The position numbers and the translations under genes are program-made. A DNA stretch of 64,000 nt from Candidatus Bathyarchaeota archaeon (GTDB taxonomy: Archaea; Thermoproteota; Bathyarchaeia; Bathyarchaeales; Bathycorpusculaceae), in assembly GCA_963815095.1 (NCBI GenBank), contig CAWFFH010000003.1:1088001-1152000 (forward strand), given 5' to 3'. Below are positions 57,666-64,000 of the stretch, one piece after another. The stretch's first letter is position 1. Each line of letters starts with the position of its first letter. The notes under the pieces are model-generated. The model saw only the letters and a program-made list of their open reading frames with translations. It did not search any database and had not been told where the DNA came from.

Positions 57666-58894
57666 TGGTTTAGCATTTTTATCAGAGCTGTGGCGTCATT
57701 TACCCATCCATCGATGACTTTGAGGTTTTCCTCAAGTTTCTGTTGGTTCTTTTCAAATCCCCTGAGCTGTCCCTGCTGATGCACGTAGTAGCTTGCTAAT
57801 TGATTTAATGGCTCAATGAACTCTGTCGTTGAAGCTCCTGTTTTCAGGCTGTTTCCTAAAGCTTTCAGAGTGGTTTGCATCTCATCAATTGATGATCCTG
57901 TTGTTTTCTTGAAGTCTCGGCTTACCCATTGGCGTTCGAAAAGGTTGCGTTTTTTCCATCCTTCGGACTGCTCTAGATAAGTTTTCAGTACTGTTTGGTA
58001 GAGCTCAGAGGTGTTTCTGCTTTCAGATGTTATAGCTTTTTGTATTTCTTCGGGGTTGCTCGGCTTTTGTTCTTCCGTTTTGGTTCCTTCTTGATCTGTC
58101 AGCGGTATTCCTGCTTCACGCAGCACTTGGATGGAGCTGGTTTCTCGTCCATGGTACTTTTTGGCAAGAGCAATCGCGATGGCAAAGCCTGCACCTGCGG
58201 CTTCGGGAGAAATCTGGGCGTTTTTGTTTAGTTCAAAGAGCTGCTCTAAACTCATACCCATCAGCGAGGCTACTTTTCCTCCGCCTTCAACAAATCCGGG
58301 GGTTTTAGAGATTCCTGGTCCGATGGTGAATGCATAGACTCCAGTGTCTTCGACTTCGGCGGATATAGTATTTGATAGTTCAACTTGGGCTGTCTTGAAA
58401 ACCTCATAGGCTCCCATGTAAGGTGCCGCTCCAGAAGAGGAAACGCAAACGAACACGCCGTGCTTGCGGTCAATCATGGCTGGCAGAAACTTTCTTGCCA
58501 ATGCCACTGGTCCCCGTAAATTCACTCGGTAGCTAAAATCCCAAGATTCAACAGGTGTGTTTTTGACTGCACCCATTGGAAACACAGTGGCGTTATTTAG
58601 GATAACATCAACTTTGCCGAATTTTTTCAACGATGTCTCGGCGAGTTTGTCGATGTCTTTCTCGTTGCCAATGTCCGTTTTGATAAAGAACGTTTTTCCT
58701 GAGCCAAATTCTTTGTTAATAATTTCTTCGGCGGCTTTGCCATTTTTCTCATCGATTTCAGCGATAATCACATTTGCGCCAAGCCAAACAAGGCTTCTAG
58801 CAGCTTCAAAACCGATTCCTCGTCCAGCGCCAGTTACGAGGACGACTTCTCCCTTAAATGAATCCTGAGTTAGATTTCCTTTGCTGACAATCAT
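57662..58894 (-). CDS. SDR oxidoreductase with C-terminal helical extension
   Basis: TGAGRGIG, NNA, YEVFK (YxxxK). Confidence 0.85.
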   Translation of the reverse strand: MIVSKGNLTQDSFKGEVVLVTGAGRGIGFEAARSLVWLGANVIIAEIDEKNGKAAEEIINKEFGSGKTFFIKTDIGNEKDIDKLAETSLKKFGKVDVILNNATVFPMGAVKNTPVESWDFSYRVNLRGPVALARKFLPAMIDRKHGVFVCVSSSGAAPYMGAYEVFKTAQVELSNTISAEVEDTGVYAFTIGPGISKTPGFVEGGGKVASLMGMSLEQLFELNKNAQISPEAAGAGFAIAIALAKKYHGRETSSIQVLREAGIPLTDQEGTKTEEQKPSNPEEIQKAITSESRNTSELYQTVLKTYLEQSEGWKKRNLFERQWVSRDFKKTTGSSIDEMQTTLKALGNSLKTGASTTEFIEPLNQLASYYVHQQGQLRGFEKNQQKLEENLKVIDGWVNDATALIKMLNH

Positions 58895-58944
58895 ACAGTT
58901 CCCTACTTCAAGGTTGTTATGGCTGACTTGTTACTCGGTTTTCC

Positions 58945-60292
58945 TTAAAAAAGTTTAAACCCAAGTAATGCAAGTTCTGCCCATAGCACGGCTGACGCAA
59001 TAGCAACTTGAGCAATAGATAAAGTTGCACCGACTTTGAGGTATTCTTTTAGGCTGATGGACACGCCTTTGCGTCTCATGATTTCTAGCCACATCACAAT
59101 CGCCAGTGAACCAAGTGGAAAGAAGTGTGGTCCAAGGTTGTTGCCGATGATGTTACTGAACACTAAGTTGGTCAAGAGTGGTCCAGTTACCGCTGCTTGG
59201 TGAATGCTAAGTAACCCCAAGATTGTCATGGGCCAATTGTTTATGAAGCTTGCCCCCATAGTTATAACCATGCTCGGCCCAAATACTCCCAATACAGATG
59301 GAAGCTTGCTGGTTGTCACAAGGGCAGAAGCCAGAAGATTAGTAACTCCAGCTGCTTCCAGTCCTTGCACGACTATGAAAATACTAAGCATAAACAGCAC
59401 AATATCCCAATTGATGTCCCTCGCTAATCCAACGAGCCCTTTTTTCTCGCCGTTCACCGACCCATTGTGGATCAGCGTAACCCAGTAAACCACTACCAAA
59501 AATGCTACCCCACTGCAAATCACTAATGAAACTGGGAACCTACCCAAAGAAGTCAAAACGTACCCAATATCAATCGCTACAAGAGTAACTACGGTTATTT
59601 TCAGTAGGTTCGGTGAAATTGGGGGTTTTCCTCTGGTTAAGGAATCTGCAGCTTGTACATTGAAGGTCTTGGGAATTTGTTTTCTAAAAAAAAGCCAAAT
59701 CAAAAGCAAACTGCTCAAAAGAACCGCCACGGCTACGGGTCCCATGAAGATTAGGTGGTCGATGAAGCTGTAATTGAAGTAGTCTGCTGAGAGGATGTTG
59801 ATGGGGTTACTTGTTATAAGCGGCATAGCGGCGGTGTCGGGCGATTAAGCCTGCAGTGAATAAGTATGCGAGTTTGCCTTTTTTGTCTATGCCCAAGCAG
59901 ATTACTACCTCAAGCACAATTGGCGTGAGAATCAGGACTGCGCTGTCGTTGGCAAAAAGAATGCTCACCGCCGCCGTCAGCAAGGCTATATAGAAGTAAA
60001 GTCACAATCCACTTCCATTCGCCAATTTAACAACTCGCAGTGCCGCCCACCTAAAGAAACCCATAGCATCCAACGTAATCGACAACACTATGATGCCCAA
60101 GAATGCCAAAGCGGCGTCCCAGATATCCAAAAACGACTGCGCCGCCTGCCCAAAACTTACTGTACCCAACAACAACGAAGCAACCGCACCGATTCCAGCT
60201 GCGTAGCCCAGTCGTAGACCCCGCGGACGCTTAATCATCAAGAAAAGCGTTGCAACAAAGACTGCTAACGCAGAGACAGTGATATAGTCCAA
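58945..60292 (-). pseudogene. arsB: ArsB/NhaD-family transporter pseudogene
   Basis: In-frame TGA at 60004-60002 (GSGL*LYFYI...FANDSAVLILTP) plus a 1-bp insertion at about 59840 in IADTAAMP; ITSNPINI and NLGP motifs. Confidence 0.85.
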
Positions 60293-60416
60293 GAGGGTGC
60301 CTCATATCGTTACTCTGCGGTGGTTTTAGGTATAAAAGATTAGCTCGTCAAACAAGATAGAACTTAAGGTACTCGAACAAAAAATTAAACAAAAATAAAA
60401 AAATTAGAAAAGAAGC

Positions 60417-61481
60417 TTATTCTGTCTTCTTCTGCTTAGGACGCAAAGACCGAACGGTTGCGCCTGCACGCCACATTTCGCTGTTGCCCATTTCTTTGAG
60501 TTCATCAGCAAGTTTCTGGCGGTAGTCGGGTGCTTTGCTCTTTTCCAGCACGATGCGTGTTTCTTCGCCAGCCGCGACAAGTTCGTAGAGTGAGTCGAAC
60601 ACTGGTTGTGTTGCTTCGCGGAATCTGCTTCTCCAGCGTAATGCGCCGATGCGGGCGGTTTCGCTGCAGTTGCAGTACATCCAGTCCATGCCGTTTTCGT
60701 CGACAAGGCGGATTAGGCTTTGGGTGAGTTCTTCGACAGATTCGTTGAATGCTTCGCTTGGGCTGTGTCCGTGTTCACGTAGGGTTTTGTATTGGGCTTC
60801 AAGGATGCCTGCGAGTGCTCCCATGAGTGTGCCGCGTTCGCCTGTTAGGTCGCTGTAGGTTTCTTTTTCGAATGTGGTTGGGAAGAGGTATCCTCCGCCA
60901 ATGGCGATGCCGAGTGCTTTTGCGCGGTCTTCGGCTTTTCCTGTTGCGTCTTGGAAGACTGCGAAGCTGCAGTTTATGCCGCTTCCGTCAACAAAGTTTC
61001 GGCGTACAGATGTGCCGGAGCCTTTGGGTGCAACAAGGATGACGTCTATGTCTTTGGGTGGGATAACGCCTGTTTGTTCCTTGTAAACAATTGAGAACCC
61101 GTGGCTGAAGTAGAGTGCGTCTCCTTTTTTGAGGGTTGCTTTAACTTTAGGCCAGACAGCTTTTTGTGCAGCGTCGGTGAGCAGGAAAAGTTTGATGGTG
61201 CCCATTTTTGCTGCTTCTTCCATCGGGAACAGGTTTTTGTCTGGAACCCAGCCGTCTGCGATTGCTTTGTCCCATTCTTTTTTGAATACGCCCTCTTTTT
61301 CTTGTCCTATAATTACTTTTATTCCTTGGTCACGCATGTTGAGTGATTGAGCTTGACCCTGTATGCCGTAGCCAAGTGAGACGACAACTTCGTCTTTTAG
61401 GATTTTTTGGGCTTTTGCCAATGTGAATTCTTCTCTTGTGATGACGTCCTCTTTGACGCCTCCGAAATCGATTTTCACCAT
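60417..61481 (-). CDS. ilvC: Ketol-acid reductoisomerase
   Basis: LGYGIQG, FSHGFSI, VAPKGSG, SDLTGERG, CSETA; GAGGT SD. Confidence 0.95.
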   Translation of the reverse strand: MVKIDFGGVKEDVITREEFTLAKAQKILKDEVVVSLGYGIQGQAQSLNMRDQGIKVIIGQEKEGVFKKEWDKAIADGWVPDKNLFPMEEAAKMGTIKLFLLTDAAQKAVWPKVKATLKKGDALYFSHGFSIVYKEQTGVIPPKDIDVILVAPKGSGTSVRRNFVDGSGINCSFAVFQDATGKAEDRAKALGIAIGGGYLFPTTFEKETYSDLTGERGTLMGALAGILEAQYKTLREHGHSPSEAFNESVEELTQSLIRLVDENGMDWMYCNCSETARIGALRWRSRFREATQPVFDSLYELVAAGEETRIVLEKSKAPDYRQKLADELKEMGNSEMWRAGATVRSLRPKQKKTE

Positions 61482-61873
61482 TTTTAAGTACCTCAGCCAT
61501 TGCATTTATCAGATGGCATAATTAAGAATTATGTTGGTAAATCCTGCGATAATTATGCTTTAAAGGTGCTCTTAATACTTCTAAAAAATTAATCAAGCTC
61601 AACAAATTCGTCTTTTCCGTATATGTGTCAAATAGAGTATCGAATTGAAAGATTGAATTCTATAGTCGGTTAGAGGTTTGTTTTGAAGAGAAGTTATGTT
61701 GTTGGACAGGAATCCAACCTGTTTACACATAAATATGAATAAACAGGTCATTAGATTGCTGTTATTTTGAACGCTTTAATTGGATAATTGAGTGCACTTG
61801 TACTACAGTTGAGTAGGTGACCATTGTAAAAGGATAATTCCCGTCTCAACCTAATATTAGCTAGGGATTAAGA

Positions 61874-62020
61874 ATGAATAGTACCGTGCAAAAAGAAAAA
61901 ATGAAGTTGAGTAAATGTCTCGAACAAAAATATTCAAAGAATGTAACCAAAGAAATATTGCGTCTGTATGACTCTGATCTAAATCATTATTTTGGTCTGC
62001 CCCATAAGAAACAAGAATAA
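61874..62020 (+). CDS. Possible 48-aa small protein
   Basis: MNSTVQKEKMKLSKCLEQKYSKNVTKEILRLYDSDLNHYFGLPHKKQE* in an AT-rich spacer; only weak SD support. Confidence 0.25.
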   Translation: MNSTVQKEKMKLSKCLEQKYSKNVTKEILRLYDSDLNHYFGLPHKKQE

Positions 62021-62154
62021 TCACAAAAGTATAAGCTTCAACAATAATTAGTTGGCGTTTTACCAGGGTTATTTATTTTCCTAAAAGCTTAGAGCTACCC
62101 TGACATTTATGCAAAAACGCAAACCAATTAAACCGTTTTCCCATAATACAATCG

Positions 62155-62601
62155 ATGTCAACCGACAAATTTACGCCTGAACTTGTAGCTCCTTGTGGCA
62201 TGAACTGCGGCTTATGCAAAGCCTACCTATTTTACACGCATGACGTACCAAGGCGAAAGGGCAAAGTAACTCACTGCGCAGGTTGCCTTCCCAGAGCCAA
62301 AAACTGCTATATCAAACGAGGCTGCAATAAACTCTCAAAACACCAAATCCAATCCTGCCATCAATGCAACACAATTCCATGCAAAAATCTTGCACACCTA
62401 GACAAGCGTTACCGAGAACGCTACGACATGAGCATGGTTGTAAGCCTCCAAACAATAAATGCTAAGGGAATTAAAGGGTTTCTCGATGAACAGGTACAGA
62501 AGTACAAGTGCCCCAGCTGCGGAGGCGTCGTTTCTGTGCATGATGGAAAATGTTACTCATGTGGCTATGTAAGAAAAAAGGCTGATGTAACCAAAGCATG
62601 A
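62155..62601 (+). CDS. DUF3795-like Cys-rich protein
   Basis: APCGMNCGLC, CAGC, CYIKRGC, CHQC..IPC, CPSC, CYSC. Confidence 0.8.
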   Translation: MSTDKFTPELVAPCGMNCGLCKAYLFYTHDVPRRKGKVTHCAGCLPRAKNCYIKRGCNKLSKHQIQSCHQCNTIPCKNLAHLDKRYRERYDMSMVVSLQTINAKGIKGFLDEQVQKYKCPSCGGVVSVHDGKCYSCGYVRKKADVTKA

Positions 62602-62606
62602 CTGGC

Positions 62607-63518
62607 TTAAGCGCTCATCAGCTTTAGGTAGATCGCTTTTGCTGAGTACAATCTGTTTTCAGCCTGCTCATAAATTACCGACTTAGGATTCTCGATTGCT
62701 TCTGGGCTTATTTCGTAGCCTCGATGAATTGGCATATCATGCATGATGTATGTGTCGTTGCCTTTGAGAAGTTGGGAGTTGATTTGGTAGGGCATCATGA
62801 GTTTAATGCGTTTTTCTTTTTCTGCCGCAAACTTAGGATCAGTGAAGAATTCCATGTCGATCCAGGTATCTGTGTAAACGAAATCTGCTTCGGCCACTGC
62901 TTGTTTGACATCCAAGGTGGATTGCCAAAGCCCAGTCTTCTTGGCTTTGGAGAGTAACTCCTCGTCTCTTGCTGCTTCATTAAAAATCGGCGCTACCGTT
63001 GTCAGTTTGACTCCTGTTTTGGTACAGCCTTCTATTAGCGAGTTAGTTACGTTGTTGTGGACGCCGATGTAAACAAGTTTGGCTCCTTTGAGTTTACCAT
63101 ATTTTTCTTTGATGGTGATTAAGTCTGCGAGGGCTTGGCTTGGATGATACATCTCATCGCAGCCATTTATGACTGGAACACGGGAAGCCTTAGCCATCTT
63201 GAGCAAATCTGAGTCACAAAGTAACCGGGCCATTATACAGTCGACGTTACGTGATAGGTATTGAAGCTCGTCTGTTATATCTGCTAAAGAGAAGTTGGTT
63301 GTGCGCCAATCGATGTAGAGTGCGTGGCCGCCCAGTTGCGTCATGGCTACTTCAAAAGAAACTCGGGTGCGAGTTGAGGTTTTTTGGAAAATCAGCGCCG
63401 CTGACTTGCCTTCAAAGATTTTTAGGTATTTCCTTGGATTGTGTTTAATTTCTATGCCTAAATCAACCAGTGCACCAAGCTCTTGGCTTGTTAATTCTTT
63501 GAAGTTAATCAGATGCAT
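62607..63518 (-). CDS. argF: Ornithine carbamoyltransferase
   Basis: STRTRVSF, HPSQALAD, YTDTW, QAENR. Confidence 0.85.
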   Translation of the reverse strand: MHLINFKELTSQELGALVDLGIEIKHNPRKYLKIFEGKSAALIFQKTSTRTRVSFEVAMTQLGGHALYIDWRTTNFSLADITDELQYLSRNVDCIMARLLCDSDLLKMAKASRVPVINGCDEMYHPSQALADLITIKEKYGKLKGAKLVYIGVHNNVTNSLIEGCTKTGVKLTTVAPIFNEAARDEELLSKAKKTGLWQSTLDVKQAVAEADFVYTDTWIDMEFFTDPKFAAEKEKRIKLMMPYQINSQLLKGNDTYIMHDMPIHRGYEISPEAIENPKSVIYEQAENRLYSAKAIYLKLMSA

Positions 63519-63618
63519 CTTTTCTATGCCTTCAATAAACGCTGAACCAAGCATGCAATTATAAGCTTTATGCAAAACCTTTTTCCACTACAAACATGAA
63601 CCAATTAAAAGAACAAGC

Positions 63619-64000
63619 ATGATTCTGCTGGTTGCCTCGAACAAAGATGTTGCAAGTTTAAACATCAAAAAGCAAATCCTCAGCTACTACCCTTTCCGCA
63701 AGCTGGCAAAGATATTTCAGCATAACCCCGTTTACGGTGCCGAATTAAATAGCAAAACGCTGAATCTTGTTACCTTAGCCAATGAATCAGTTAAAGCGCA
63801 AGATTTACCCAAAAAGTTTCCAACCGCAAAATCAATTATTTTCATTTCAAGGCACAGCAGTCAAAGTGGTAAACCAACCCTCTCCGTCCATGCTCCGGGA
63901 AACTTTGGAAATGCAGAACTTGGAGGATTGCCTGGCAAACTTTCGGTTTCATCGCCTTATACGATGCAGAATGCCCTAAAAGCGCTCCTGTACCACAAGG
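63619..64000 (+). CDS. dtdA: D-aminoacyl-tRNA deacylase (archaeal DTD2), 3' truncated by window
   Basis: Hand translation: MILLVASNKDVASLNI...IFISRHSSQSGKPTLSVHAPGNF...GG. Confidence 0.88.
   Translation, partial: MILLVASNKDVASLNIKKQILSYYPFRKLAKIFQHNPVYGAELNSKTLNLVTLANESVKAQDLPKKFPTAKSIIFISRHSSQSGKPTLSVHAPGNFGNAELGGLPGKLSVSSPYTMQNALKALLYHK

Noticed and set aside
60002-60004. In-frame TGA in arsB as selenocysteine or readthrough
   Set aside because: The position fits Arg (CGA to TGA), not Cys, and a second frameshift lesion follows.
61518-61534. CATAATT-AAG-AATTATG palindrome upstream of ilvC
   Set aside because: AT-rich and not shared with the other ilv/leu promoters here; too weak to call an operator.

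Overview
A 64-kb, mostly housekeeping window from an archaeon. Gene content, ribosomal protein sequences and the PQQ-like surface protein suggest Bathyarchaeia (inference). It contains aromatic and branched-chain amino-acid biosynthesis genes (tyrA end, pheA, leuABCD, ilvBN, ilvD, cimA-like, ilvC, argF), hypFCD/E, the L22-to-SecY ribosomal protein cluster, an intron-containing tRNA-Met, RPA, DNA ligase, an E1-like enzyme and an arsB pseudogene. I saw no CRISPR array, rRNA or mobile element. The best candidate for an undescribed system is at 50.3-53.5 kb. There, a threonine-synthase-fold protein whose PLP Schiff-base lysine is replaced by Arg is fused to a PadR-like winged helix. It sits directly upstream of an ECF S-component plus AIR-synthase-family operon whose promoter carries two tandem palindromes, so it may be a pseudoenzyme-sensor regulon, possibly for vitamin B6. 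The second candidate is a pair of leaders. cimA has no in-frame canonical start codon, and both cimA and ilvB are preceded by uORFs ending CTT-YYC-TAA with an open +1 frame, hinting at recoding-based control of branched-chain amino-acid synthesis. All product calls come from motif recognition by eye, with no database searches.
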